64,000 nt of DNA from Gracilinanus agilis (lineage: Eukaryota): NCBI RefSeq assembly GCF_016433145.1, contig NC_058130.1, positions 140,685,372 to 140,749,371 of the forward strand. The letters run 5' to 3'. The notes below the pieces were generated by a model. It did no database searches, was not told where the DNA came from, and saw only the letters and a list, made by a program, of their open reading frames with translations. Made by a program: the position numbers and the translations under genes. The stretch's first letter is position 1. Each line of letters begins with the position of its first letter. Shown piece by piece: positions 11,201 through 40,800 of this stretch.

Positions 11201-14200
11201 TCACAGAGCCACACAGCCTAGTCCTCTCCCGCTTTTCGACACACACAGATACACACAGACAGACTGACACACACACACCCCTCTATCCAAAGGTGCAAAC
11301 ACCCCAAGCTCCGCCCCTCTCCTGTCTTCCCTCCATATGCTCCTCCCTCAGACGCGACCCCCACTCCCCCACCCCCACACACACTGTGGAGAGATGGAGA
11401 CTCCCAAGTCCCTAGGATCTTACGCTGCAAAGGCCGTTACGGGACCAAGTTAGCCCTCTCCCTTCCCATCCAACCGAATTTACCGAGCACCTGCCATGTA
11501 AAGGGCATCGGGTTAAACCCAATAGGGGAAAACCGAGGGCCAGCCGCTGTTCCCTTCCCCAGGGGTGCCCCCATTAGAGCGGGCTTGGTCAGAGCCGTCT
11601 CTGGGGCTCCCATAGGGCTGGGGGCCCCATTTTCTGTCACAGCTCCATGGAGTTTCTCTCATTCATCACCCTGTTGTCACATGCCTACAACATCTCTCTT
11701 ATTGGTCTGAATAAAGTCTGTATTCCCCCACCCAACCCCAAATCTAGCTGGTACAAAGTCTGAGAGGAGGCTCTTAGTAAGACCATCTGGGGAATCAGCC
11801 CCAACAAGAGTGAGCGCAAGGGTGCCACGGTGCACACCGTCCCTACCTTCATGGAATTTCTGTTCTCCTGGAGAGGACACAACATGTCATCAGACAATCT
11901 GAGGAAGGAAAGAGCGTCAACAACTCAGTGGACCAGTGAAAACTATGGTAGAAATGACTTAAGATCTTTCTTAGAATGTAAAGAAAGGATAAAAAAAACA
12001 AAACAAAAAGCCTATAGCAACTATTCCCCAGATTGCACATTTGTGTATAGATAAATATCATCTGAGGAGCAACAGCCTGGAAAGATGGCCTGAAGGGAAC
12101 CCAGCTTTGAATGCTGTTTCTGACAGGACTCTGGGCTCACCTCTCACCTGTCAAATGGCCATAATGGCACCTAGTTATCTGTCTATTGTAACAAGGATCA
12201 AATGAGCTGATTATTTATGCAAAGGAGAGCACCCTCTTAAGGGCTATGTGTTAACTGGCATTCTATTTTATATAGAGATTTTTACCAGATTTACCGGAAA
12301 TTTTTATCTTTCAAAGATCTAAGTTCCGGGGCACAACCCATCTTCATTCCAACTAACATGGTAACCGCTTGGACAGTTACATATGTGTACCAAATTTCAT
12401 GTGCTTATAATCATAAAGTGTACTATAAAACCTCACATGAATAGACCCAACATTTATTCAGCATACATTTATTAAATATGCAATTTGTGCAAATCTTTTT
12501 GGGTGGAGGGAGGTGAAAAGGAGATGGCAACAGATCCCCTCACTGTCATCTGACATGTCCCTGAGGAAACAGTGCAGATGGGCATGCTCAGTGGGACAGG
12601 ATGGAGAGGGGCCTGGTGGCTGCCTAATTGCAGTACTGCCCTTTGTAACAAGCCAAGGAACAGACACATCCTTCTCCTCCACCCCGTCTACCTCCTGTAT
12701 TTATCACCAGAGCAACTGATTATTGAGCATCTGCTAGGTGCAGGGCTCGGTGCTTGGGAAGATTGGTTAGGGCCTACCTTGGAAAGCCTTATGATCAGTC
12801 TATTGGAGGAGATGGTAATCTATGCCTCCCTTCCCCAATCTATACTCTATTCATCCTTCAAAATAAAATTCCTACCAGAAAACCTTTCCCAACTATTCCT
12901 GCCCATAGTGGACTCCTTAATGACCTCCTGAAGCTCTTCTGATCAGTATGGTCCAGAATCAACATGCATTAGATCACTCTCCTCAAATAGGGACTGAGTC
13001 CCTCTGAGGGGTCTTACCTTTCTTCTGCCTCCTCCAGTGTCCTAAGCAAAGGTTTCTTGGAACATCTATGGCTAGTTTCTCATCCTGGGAATCTGCTCTG
13101 TGCAACAGGGTTCTTCTGCTTGGTCCCCCTTCCTCAGCCCAGAAAGCTTAAAAAAAAAAATCTACCCCTCTCCCCTTTCCCCAAAACACATACTCAAGCC
13201 ACATGCACATGTGTTCCATGTGAATCTCACAGATGGTGAAAAGGGGAAGGGAGGAGGGGGCTACTCCACAGGATACACGCCAGAAGTTTGCCAAAGAAAA
13301 CAACAGCAAATAGCGGATTTTTCAGTTTTGAAGCTGCAGCTGTCACCACCGAGGGGGACCTGCTCAGAAATAATGAGACACAAGCAATGACTGGTAAACC
13401 AAGTCTCCATGTCTGTCCCAGAATCCTGATTCTGACTCCAGGGGTGGTGGACAGTTTCATTTTTTAGGAGAAAGTGTGAAATTGGGTTCCTGGAACACAA
13501 TATAGCATTAATGAGGAAGCTGGACAAGCATCAGGTAGAAACTAAGCTGCCTGTGTAGCCCTACCTAACCTGGAAATGGGGTCTTTTTCTGATCAGTATG
13601 GGGGCAGCCTTCAAGGCATTCCTTTGCCCACCAAGCCCAGATTATGTCCCCTAGAGAGCACAGCTCTTGAATTCCTACACCAGGAAGAGGACCGGGATGG
13701 GAGAGGCCACCCTTGTCTCTTGGGGAGGGGGGGCAGGGCACAGTGGCCAGAAATAGACTTGTCCTTTGAGGATCCAGTCCCAAACTCACATGCTAACCCA
13801 CCAGAATCTGTGCAACTGAGAGGATACCAGGGGAGAGAAATCTGGCCCCAGTGGACTTGGCCTTATGACTGTTGTGACAGAGGCTGTTGGGTTACCATAG
13901 CAACCCCCTCAGAGGGCCATTCGGAAATCCATAACCTCCTGTCGGGGAGCTGAAAAGGAGCAATTACTCCTGGCAGTTAATGCCCCTAGAGGATGCTGGA
14001 AGGTTAGAAATAGCAAGCTGGTCTGTTCAGAAATAGGCCTAAGGAACGAGGTTGCTCAGAGCTCAGAGCAGGAGCATTAAGCTGAGTGGTTTTTCTCCCC
14101 AAACCTCCCTGGTAGGACACAAGGGGGTGGGGGGTGAGGGGGAAACAGCAGAGAGGCTGAAACAGTTTGCCAGATCTGGGCCACACTGAGAGATGTTCCT

Positions 14201-14808
14201 TACACTAGCTTATGGAAGAAAAATCAACACAAACCCCTCATCCGGGCCTTTTACTTTCACAGATTGCACTTTTCTTACAACTTGACATACTCTCACAAAT
14301 GATCAGACCTTATGAGGTAAAGGCCATTAACTAGGTCAACTGACCCCTAGAGATGTGCTGTGACTTGCTAAAGGTCACACATCAATGACCTGGACACATT
14401 TAGAACCCGAGTGTCCTAACTCCCAAACCAGTCTAGACCTCCTAGGTTGCAAGACTGTGTTGTTTCACAAGGGCACTGAGTGGCAGGTGAGTTCATATCA
14501 CCTAGTGCTCACCATCAGTGACAATGGTCAGTTGATAGCAGAAACCAGCATTAGTAGATTCTAACCATTGGGTGTAAGATGCAAAAGGGAAGTCAACAGG
14601 GCCTCAAAGTCAAGCGTTAGGTTGGAGATGGAGAGGTCATTATATATTTAAGTCAGAAAATACTGATGACAATGGTGGGTTTCTCCTCCCTTCAGTTGTG
14701 TGGTCTTGTTTCCTTTGGAGGTCTAGGCAGCCAATTTTACAACAGTCTTTACAATAGCCGATTCATATTGGTGGATCAAACCCAGTCTTGGTGTGCACAA
14801 ACACTTAT

Positions 14809-14814
14809 TTTATT
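14809..14814 (-). terminator. Candidate RHOT2 poly(A) signal (3' UTR about 2.7 kb)
   Basis: AATAAA on the minus strand downstream of the RHOT2 stop; usage not established. Confidence 0.3.
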
Positions 14815-17488
14815 GAAAAGTGTTTATCCCATCATAAAATCATATGGCTTTGGACAATGAACATGATACTCAAACACAAAAAAGCAGGTGAAAAGTGGCA
14901 TTTCTTGGGGTTCCAACCCAGACTTTTCCTCCTGGGCTAGACAGGAACAGCCTTGTCAGTAGGATGCTGGTCCAAATGATGTTAGAGCAGCATGGAGAGC
15001 AGGTCAGTAATAAAAGGAGATATCCTGGGATGAGGATCTTGGCTAGAATCATCAAAGCCATGTTGAAGCTAAGAGAATCCAGTTACCCAGACTCTACCAG
15101 TGAAGGCTAGTGACCAGCAGGGTCTCCTGACAGCAAGTATCAATTTTTCCCACTCCCAGGAAAAGCCCGTTATAACTATGAAAACACCAATTCTTCTCAT
15201 ATATTATTCTAGACTGGGACACTGGTTCTCAAGAGGAATCTGTTCCCAAACTGGGAATCAGGACACAGGGAACCAGAAGTCCACTCCCCACTCCTCAAAC
15301 CCATGAGGTAGGGCCTTTTCCTGTTCCCTTCAACACTGAAAGCCACATCCCAAAGAAAAAATGGACACTCAACCCAAGTTGGTTCTCTTCTTGGACACAA
15401 TGCAGCTTTGGTCCTGTATTTTCTATTGTTGAATTAATCCCTACCAAAATGGCCCTCAGCCTCAAGGACAAATGTTGAGGGGCTATTTATTTAGAAGATG
15501 AAGATGGCCAAAATTTCTCTCATCCAGCCCTCTGACCACCAAGTCCTGCCTTATAAGCCCCACAGGCTCCCTCAATGACATTACAAAGCAAAGCTACAAA
15601 GGGCCAAACCCAGGACAAAGATCCTAGCTGGTAGATGGTGGATCAATACCAATAACTCTCTTCTGGCTATATCCTTGTGCCTCTGCTTATAATCTAGGGG
15701 CTGGAGAAGTTTGAGAGATTGTTGTAAGGAAATGCTGTATCCCTTTTCTTCAGCTCATAAAGGAACATCACAGCTCTGTCGGCCTCATATGGCAAATATC
15801 TATTATAAATACATGAAGCCTCTCCTTTAAAGTAAACTAAACAATTAACACGGACCCTTGATGTCAGTGTACCAAGCATACACCACTGCTCCAGATATAT
15901 AGAACCAGGCTATGGTTCTAAAATAGATCCTATTTTGAAAATAGATTACTGCATAAAAAGGTAGTTTACATAACACTATTGCAATAGCACAACGTAAACT
16001 GCCCTACCCTGAGTATACTTGAAAGGTCCAAGTGCTTGCTCCTTGCTTAATTGGTTGCCTTTCTAACCCTGCCTCCGACTCACGGTCAGATGAGTGCCAG
16101 CAGGGAAGGGATGGGCAACAGACACAGATGCGATGGGGCAATCATTCCTAGTGGAGGATGTCAAGAAATATGTATTTATAAAAAAAGATAGAGGGAGAGA
16201 AAATTGAAACAGGGAGAGAAGAGAGAGGCATGTCAAGAGGATTCCAGCCCACGCTAAGATTGAGGATGAAGAGACATGTTTTAGGCTGACACAAAAAGAC
16301 ATTTTTCAAAGCATGAGGTCTTAGTCATAGAAAAGATAGAATTTCCAGTTTAAATGGGAAACAAAATGACTTTTTTTTTTCATGCCCTAACGTGTATGCA
16401 TACTGAAGTGGTGAACACGGGATGATTATTTCATTAGTCCAAAATCTGGGTCACTCATGGTGGAAAAATCCTTAATGGCCTCCTTTGCTCCAGGGGCTAT
16501 CTCCTGATTCTGTCCTAATTCCCAGAGCCATGAGCTTCAGCCTGCTTTTGAGCTTAGGAAACCTTAGAGCCCCAAGCCTGATGAGGAAGGGAAGGAGAAG
16601 ATGACCCAGAGATGGAGATTGCCTAAGGAGAATTCCAGTTTGAATCCATAAGCCTCCTAGCCTCCCAACTAAGGATCTTTTGGAATTCAGTTCTATAATG
16701 CCAGCACGGCACAAACTCTCAGAACACAGCAAAGTATGTGACACTTTATACCCAAAGGCATGAGGCTGAGAGAAGGAAGCTGGAGATTTGGGAACATCTA
16801 AGCGGGCCCGGGAAAGAGAAGAGATGTGGCCCAGAACATTGCTAGAGATTCCAATTTGGGAATCAGCATGTCAGATGAGTAAGTGTGAACTGGGGTACAG
16901 TTTATGCCTAATGGAAGGAGACCGAACGGCTGAGAACCCCAAAGACTGTATTTCTACAGTCTCCCTGGGTGCCAAATCTCCCCATTGTAATCCTAGGTTA
17001 AAGGTTGGGATCAGGAGGAAATATCTTCCGGTTGACCACTGTGGGGTTCTGCTGGGGTTTTGCTGGTTCCCCTCCCCTCAGGTATGCCACCCTAAAATCA
17101 AGCAGGGAAGGCAGAGAGGTCCCACCAATGTCTGAAGCCAGTCCCAAGCCTCCCTTCCAGACAGATAGAGGTAGGTGCCTTCTTTAGGAGACTGAGCCTG
17201 AAAACTTTAAAAATTCTAAACAAGCTATGATCTTGGAGGTCCCTCTGCTTCCTCAGCCCCTCCGAAGGGCCCTGAGATTGGGAACACAGAGTTTAGAGGA
17301 CTTAGTGAGATGGGAAGAGTGCATCGTGAAATGCCAGTTGAGGCTATAATATAATGGGCTCTGAGGCAGAGGCAGGGAGAAATCATCAGGGAGTGCTCCT
17401 CCAGTGCGTGGGTAACCCTGATCTGTCCTGGCAGGATGAAGAGAAGCCAACTGCAGCATCAGTGTCTGGTGGGACCCAGACCTTCCCC

Positions 17489-32963
<15,475 letters not shown>

Positions 32964-33289
32964 GGTCCCAGCCGAGACTGCGGCTGCCTCTCTGCCGGCC
33001 GCTGGCTCCCCTCAGCCCGTACTTCCGGCTTAAGCTTCTGCTCGGCCCGCCGAGAGGCACCAGAGAGCGTCGGGGAGTCGGAGGCCTAGAGCGGCGCGAG
33101 ACAGCCGCCGTACGATTGCTGTGCGCCCCCTGTGCTCTGCAGCGGGCACTGCACCCAGCCCTCCAGCGCTGGCCTTCCCGGAGGATAACGTACCTACCAG
33201 GCCGCCCCCAATCCCACTGTGTTCTCCTCTCCACGCGGTCGCCGTGAATGTCCAAGTAGGCCTCAGAAATGAAGCGGGTGGGAACTGAT

Positions 33290-34131
33290 TTTATTGAAAA
33301 AGCATCTTTTAAATGGCCAAAAAACAGAGAACGCAGGACTTTTCCGTTAGGACAGCGGGATGACACTAGCTAGCTGCTTGGCCATGGGGATTGGCTGCTG
33401 TTGATTCACTTTCAGCCCTGTTCTAGGCTGTGATCCCATTTGGGTTTTCTTGGCAAACATTCTGGAGTAGTTTGCCATGTCTTTCTCCTGCTCATTTTAC
33501 AGATGAGGAAACAGGCAAACCCGCTAAGTGACTTGTCCAGGGTCAGCAGCTAGTGTCTGAGGCCAGATTGGAGGAAGATGAGTCTTCCTGACTCCAGACC
33601 TGGCATTCTCTCCATTGTGCCACCTAGCTGCCATGGGGAAGATCATTTCAAATCAAAAGACATGCCCCTGCTAGGTGACTGCCTGGGACTTTACCCAGAA
33701 ACCTGACAGGCACATGGAGGGAGCTACATGGGGATTGCTGGGGATAGCAGGCTTGACAATGGACCAGCACACCTTCCTAGTAGGGAGCACCTAACTTCTC
33801 AGCCTTGTGATTTCATATGTAAGTCAGGGAACATGGAAGGGAGAGGAGAAAGGGAGCAAGAAGCTGAGGTTCTGAGTAATTAGGGAGAGGTCCTCACTAT
33901 AACCACTGGCTCCTCCTAGTTAGCCCTGGATCTTATCCCAGAGGGTTGGAGTAAAAACATTTACTCCTCCTCCTTAGAATGGGTCAGGTGAGCAAGTGCT
34001 AAGGCCCTAATCTCCAGGAAGAGAAAGAACAGTCTGGACCTGAGAAAAGAACACAGTCGCCTAAATTCTCCAGCAAGGTGCTGACTCAACAACTGAGGCT
34101 TACAGCCAGACTGCAAACATCCGATTTTATT
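33290..34131 (-). terminator. Candidate WDR90 poly(A) signals (AATAAA at 34126-34131 and 33290-33295)
   Basis: Two minus-strand AATAAA hexamers between the WDR90 stop and the RHOT2 promoter. Confidence 0.4.
33395..33632 (-). mobile_element. MAR1-like CORE-SINE (RTE-type tail)
   Basis: CORE motif ttttacagatgaggaaac..aagtgacttg.ccagggtca plus gggttttcttggcaaa..ctggagtagtttgccat tail. Confidence 0.65.
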
Positions 34132-34805
34132 TCAAAACTGTACAAGTGTAGAAACATTTAAAAAAAAAAACAAACCCTAGAGATAAAAGGGCAGCAAGTA
34201 TTTTACACATTTCCATAGCACTCAAATCAACAGCTTTGGCCCATTTGATTTGTAAAAATTGCTTCTTGGCTCAGCATCAAGTCTTGCATGCCAACCCACA
34301 GTTTAAGACCTTGAAAATGGATCTTTTGGTAAAAATATATATTGAAACCCACATACATACATATAAACACATAGGCCCACTTAACACAGGCCCTAAATAA
34401 AGGCACATGGCAATAAGTTGGGCTGCCCTGTTATCAGAGCATGTTTTCCTTTGGGGGCAGTTTTTCAGGGGAGATAGATCATTGAAAATGATTGGGGGAG
34501 GGGCTAGAACTTCAGGCTCTGGAACAGGAATGTCCTAGGGCAGGAATGGGCCAATACCACTGTGTACCTGACTAGTAGATATGGCTTTTACCCTGGCAAG
34601 GAAAGTGGTCCAGCCTCCTCACCTTACACACTAGGTTTAATCAAACAGGTTTATGAAGAGTCAGTTTTCAGGCCCTGCCTGCAGCTGACTTGCTTCAGCC
34701 TAGAAGGATTTTTTAAAAAGAGCTACGTGATTTATGGAACAAATGTGGACTGAGCCACAGTAGGGTCAGCAAACTGGATGGAAGAGTCCCCTGGGGTTCG
34801 GAAGT

Positions 34806-37800
34806 CTATCTGGCTATCTGAGGTCTTAGAGGGATGTCTTTGGCTTTTCTGGATGCTGCTGCTTCTGGGCCCAGCACCTCCCACACAAGAATTTCATTGT
34901 AGGCTGCTGTGAAGAGCAGTTTGCCAGATGGTGTGAATCTGCAGAGGTGGACAGTATCATTGTGCCCCACAAAGTCTTGCTCAGTCTTCGACATGCAGTC
35001 AATGAGTCTCAGCAATCGCTCTGGGGGGACATAAGGGTGCAGAACTGGGTCTCAAGACTCTTGCCTTGGGAGCTGTGCTATCATTACCTTACAGTGGCCT
35101 CAGAAAACAGCAAAGGAAGGGCACTCAAACTGCATTATTATCACAATTCAGTGGCTTAAAGATTGTTTTTCTAATCTCTGAGTCTGAAGCTGAGGAGTAA
35201 TCTAGCCAGTCTCCTTCCTTCCATTATTTTGATGCAGAGGCCTTCAGAAGCAAGTATTTTAGGGGGCAGCTGGGTAGCTCAGTGAATTGAGAGCCAGGCC
35301 TAGAGACAGGAGGTCCTAGGTTCAGATCTAGTCTCAGACACTTCCTAAATGTGTGACCCTGGGCAAGTCACTTAACCCCCATTGCCTAGCCCTTACACTC
35401 TTCTGCCTTGGAACCAATACATAGCATTGATTCTAAGATGGAAGGTAAAGGTTTAAAAAAAAATGTTGCAAGCATTTCATCATGGAAAGCCTGGCAGTGG
35501 ATATGATAATTTTCTCATCTGTACTTCTCTTATCAACTCACTATCCCCCTTTCCATAGAGACCCTTCCAAATCTTTTCATCCCTTTTCAAAACTCCCATG
35601 GGTCTCCTTCCCCCGTCCTCTTAGCAGAGAACTTTGTCTCCTATTTTACAGAAATAAGTGAGGCTATTTACTATGAGCTTCCTTTCTTCCTTACCATTTA
35701 TCACTAAGGTAACTTCTGGGATCTCTTCCATCACTTGTTTTTTTAAACCCTTACCTTCTGTCTTAGAATCAATACTAAGTATTAGTTCCTAGACAGAAGA
35801 GTGGGAAGGGCTAGGCAATGGAGGTTAAGTGACTTGCCCAGGATCACATAGCTAGGAAGTGTCTAAGGCCAGATCTGAACCCAGGACCACTTGTCTCCAG
35901 GCCTGGCTCTCTACCCACTGAGCTATATAACTGCCCCATCTCTTTCACACTTGTTTCATATAATGAATTGGTCTTACTCCTTACCAAGGCTAACCCTTCT
36001 ACTTGTTCAAGAGTTTCCAGTCCATCCTGTCTCCCTCAAAAGATTGCTCCCTCTTCTATCCTCATTTTCTCATTTACTTCTATCTCACTCTCTACTAGCT
36101 CACTTCCCAATGCCTACAAACATGCAGATTTCCAGATTTCAAGAACAGGTTCAGGACAGAGACCTCTTTTCCTCTCCCTGCTTGGCAGCTGTGGAAGAAC
36201 TTACCACAGTAGCCAATAGCTATGAGGGGTGATCCTGGGGACACATCGAGGGAAGTTGAGAAGTAAGACAAAGGGATCTTCTCTACAACCTGCAGACAGA
36301 AGGAGAGGGTGACACTAGGTTGGGCCAATAGGCAGCAGAGCAGTTGCTGTACTGATGCCACCAAGAGGGAGGATCAGGGTACTGAGGAGTGCCTTTTTGT
36401 TCAGTACCGCTGGCTCCAGAGTCTCTGCTGTGTTTGGGCATGTACCATGAAAAGCCCAAATTCTAGGAACTTAAAGCCTGAGGTAAGAAATGGTATCTTA
36501 TTTCACCCTCTTGGCCTGCTTCATGATTTTCAAACCCACCTACCCCAGACCAAGGTGCTGTGGGACATGAAGGCTATGATCTATTTCATGCTATTCCCCA
36601 AATGGATCTGTGGCTCAAAGTTCATGTATATACCTGTTTCTGATGGAAGTTATAGAAGAGGACTTCCTCTTTCAACCCAAAGCCTACATAAACCAGCATG
36701 TTGCTGTTCCAAGGGCAGAAGGCGGCTAGAGAAGGAGGCAAATTCGTAGGTGTCTACAGGGAAAAATCAAGAATGAGAGAACTCAGGAGAGATCAGTGAG
36801 GTCCCAAAGAAAACAACCAGGCTGGACAAACACTCTCTTACCTTTGGACTGGTGGGTGCTGGAAAGCTCAGCCAATCGACAAGCTCACATTTGTCTCTGA
36901 GCCATTCCGAAGCCCAGACACTAACTCTCCGGTCTGCGCTGACAGCCAGCCACAGCTCTCCTCCTTCCAAACCAAAGTCATAGTACTAGAGTGAAGGGAA
37001 GAGACACCTGTTACATGCCCTCAAGAGTTAGAAATGGGATACACTGAGGCTTTTCCATGGGTTAAGCCTCCACCTCCCTGTCACTAATGTTTTTTTTTTT
37101 AATCTATTTAAAACATTTTTATGTTCAGTTCCAAATTCTCTCCCTCCATCCTGGCCCTCCCTTATCTACTGAAAAGACAAAAAATACAATAACCACTATT
37201 CAGATGAAGTTGTCCAAAATATTGGCCATATTGTCAGTTATAGCTCACCAGGCTGATGTGAGGCTCCATTTTTCAGGAGGCTCTGCATCAGAGTAGGCAT
37301 CAGTGGCTAAACTCAACATCTATTGACCATTATTACCAGACCATACCTCTTTACTTTTGCTCTGGATCACAGTGATAGGAGAGCCTTGATGGTCCTTCAG
37401 CACCTGTATAGTAATTCCTGTCCTAGAGCTGCTCACAGCCACAATTCCATCTTTGTCTCCAGAAATAATGGTCTGACCTGCAAGTCCGAAATGATAGAAA
37501 GACTATAGTTCTCACACCATGGTGGCCCTGGATAGGAGCAGGAGGCGTGCCCAAACTAAAGCAGAAAACTAGATTGCCAGAAAGCAGACATAAAGAAACA
37601 AATTCTTTTGTGAGGAATGGAAACAAATGTTTACCTACAAAAATGAATAGTTGTACTAGTGGCATCCTGGTGGGTAAAAATACCTGGCAATGGCGGATTT
37701 AAACCTTGATGATCCCTGGTTAGGTATGTACTAGTTGGGATTCCTTTCATATATGCATTAGGCTAGATGGCCCCTGAGGTTTCTTTCAATTCACAAGTTC

Positions 37801-40800
37801 TGTAGTAATTCTGTAACTCCATTCTAGTTCCCTTTTCAACACTTGGGGAAAACTATCAGCTCCCTCTTCTCCCTTTCTGCCTTACTCTCCTTTCTTTTCT
37901 GATTTTGGCTTGAATCTGGCATCTCTGGGTAGGGCTTTATCTGCTGGTCATTCCTAGCTTGTCCAGTTCTATGGAGGCTAGATTACTTAGAGCACTGTCC
38001 ATGGTCCTTAAAGGCCATCACAGAACATAGAATTTTAAAACCTAAAAGAATCTACACACATTGTAACTTGTTGGAATGTATTTGACTGGAGATATTGGGA
38101 CTTGTATAGATGTTATAGGAAAAACCATTAGCTTTTATACAGTGTAGGATATGTTTAAAAAAATCTTTTATAGTTATTGTATTTTTGCTTACATCTTTTA
38201 CATGCTTAAATCTTTTATAGTTATTGTATTTTTGCTTGCATCTATGTGTCTTCACACAGATTCATGCCATTTACCATGCTCTCCTCTACTCTCATACTTA
38301 CAAACTATGACAAGTAAGAGAAACTGAGGACTGGAAAGAACTAAAAGAGGAGAAAGGGCAATGTATGTGAAACTAAGAGAAGAGTTGAGTTAATATGAGA
38401 GCCAAGAAGAAGATTAAAGTAGAATCAGAGGTCAGAAAATAAGATTTAGGTGATAACTGAGGTTAAGCAAGGACTAAAAATGTTCATATTGTATTACCAC
38501 GGACTGCAGACAAATGCATACCCCCAGAACAAGAAACTAGGAAAGAGCTGCATGTAATCTCATGTAAAAGGAGTAGTGATCTGAAAGGTGGAAAGGTTTG
38601 ACCCTTTTTAAAAAAGTGATTGAATTTGTAGCTAGAATAGACTTATTTGATTTTTATTGAAATTAATTATAAAAGTTTCATTTATTATTTTTAAAGTAAA
38701 TTTTTTAGTTGATATGACCATAATAGGGTATACCTCAGATAAGTGTGATGGTTGGGGAATGCAATGTTCTTGTTAAATGATGGTTAATTCTTCTATACCC
38801 TGACACTGCTTATGTTACTCTCCTAAAGCTCTAGTGATCTATAGCTTCAGAAAACTTTATTATTTTATTATCTAGAAAGTAGATCAAAGTATGACACACA
38901 CATTAGAAACCTGTTTTAACTTAGGGAGAAAAAGTTTCTTATAACTTTCACTAAAAAATAAGCCCAGAAAAAAAAATGAAACCTCCTAAAAACTGACATG
39001 GGTATTAAGTTGACAACTTCATAAACTCATGAGTTATAATAGCTATTTTTTTTTTAAAACCCTTGTACTTTCGGTGTATTGTCTCATAGGTGGAAGAGTG
39101 GTAAGGGTGGGCAATGGGGGTCATGTGACCTGCCCAGGGTCACACAGCTGGGAAGTGGCTGAGGCCGGGTTTGAACCTAGGACCTCCTGTCTCTAGGCCT
39201 GACTCTCACTCCACTGAGCTACCCAGCTGCCCCATTATAATAGTTATTTACAAAAATAGTTCAATGAAAAAAATCAAACTAGAAAACTAGAGATATCACT
39301 ATAAAACAGAGTGACAATTGTAAAATACTACTTATTAGGCAAAAGTATGAATATAAGACACTATAGCAGAAAGTGTGCTGGTCAGAGAATCTTGCTAGAG
39401 TGAAAATGATGGGAAACTTGGAAATCCATCTGAGAATGTATGGTAGGAAAAGAAACTGGGCATAATATGACATTCACCTTACATTTCCAAAGAGTAGATT
39501 TAAAAGATCTCTGAAAAGGAACAGGTGAAATCTCATCACTTAAAATTCTTCACAGGGAAAGGGGCAGCGAGGTGACTTAGTGGATAGAGAGCCAGAACTG
39601 CAGATGGGAGATCCTAGGTTCAAAGCTGATTTCAGACACTTCCTAGCTGTGTGATTTTGGACAAGTCACTTAACCCCAAATGCCTAATCCTTACTGTGCT
39701 TCTGCCTTAGAACTGATACCAAAGGGGGCAGCTGGATAGCTCAGTGGATTGAGAGTCAGGCCTAGAGATGGGAGGTCCTAGGTTCAAATCCAGCCTCAGA
39801 CACTTCCCAGCTGTGTGACCCTGGGCAAGTCACTTGATCCCCATTGCCCACCCTTGCCACTCTTCCACCTAAGGAGCCAACACATAGAAGTTAAGGGTTT
39901 AAAAAACAAAAAAAAAAAAATAGAATATATTAAAAAAAAAAAAAGAACTGATACCAAAGATAAGAGTTTAAAAGTAGAAAAGGAAGAAAAAGAAAATGAA
40001 CCAGATTAAATTTTGATGGAGAAATTCAGAAAAAGCCACAATGAATTCTTTGTCCAGCCCAGTTTAGTACAGGGAGACAGATAAGGAGGTCTGTGAATGC
40101 TGGGGACAGGGGTTGGACCAAAAGCACCCAGTAGATGGAGCCCATGTACACTCCAGTGCCCCAAAAGAGGCTGTGTACTAGGGCAAGAAGTCCCAGACTG
40201 GTCACCCCAAGACCCATAGAGGAGTACCACCATGGTAACAGGTACCAATTGGCAGCTTTGTTGCCCACCACCCAGTTCTGGATCACAAAAAAGGAGGCCT
40301 GTGCAGGATGATATAGAGAAGCCCTTAATGAAGTATGAAGAAAGGAAAACTCAGGTAAGCAAGTAGTAACAGTTTGGCTCAGACCAAAAGTCTGAGACTC
40401 AGAATGGGAGTCTTACTTCTAGCATCTAGCCTAGCCTGCAAAAAAATAACCAAGGCACTATTCCTAGACTAAAGGAGAGCCTATAATTTTACCACTCTGA
40501 ATAAATAGTTTTCCAGTGATCGACAGGGGGGCAGAGTCTAGCAGAAGTCTTCTCTTGCAGAGACTAAAACATAGGTCAGGACCTAATAAAGGTCAGATCA
40601 GGTGGCTCAAAATCAGCCTTTGCCCTGGATCAGACCATGCTGGGAGCAATGAAAGTTTGCAGGTTCCCCCACTGTCCCTGAGATACTGAAATACATAATA
40701 GCCCAAGAAAACAGCAGTGGGAGCTGCCCAGACCTATCCTCCAGAAATGTGGCAGAGTGAAGCCCTAAACATAAGGCAAAAAAGGGCAGTAAATGAAGGA

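Noticed and set aside
10372-11430. Long overlapping ORFs (347, 219, 214 aa) on both strands
   Set aside because: These are stop-poor frames in the GC-rich RHBDL1 CpG island, with low-complexity R/P/G/A content. Only [13 protein letters not shown] is real coding sequence.
12450-12475. Double AATAAA as a distal RHOT2 poly(A) site
   Set aside because: The context resembles an L2 3' tail (aataaatg..tgaataaatg), so it is probably repeat-derived.
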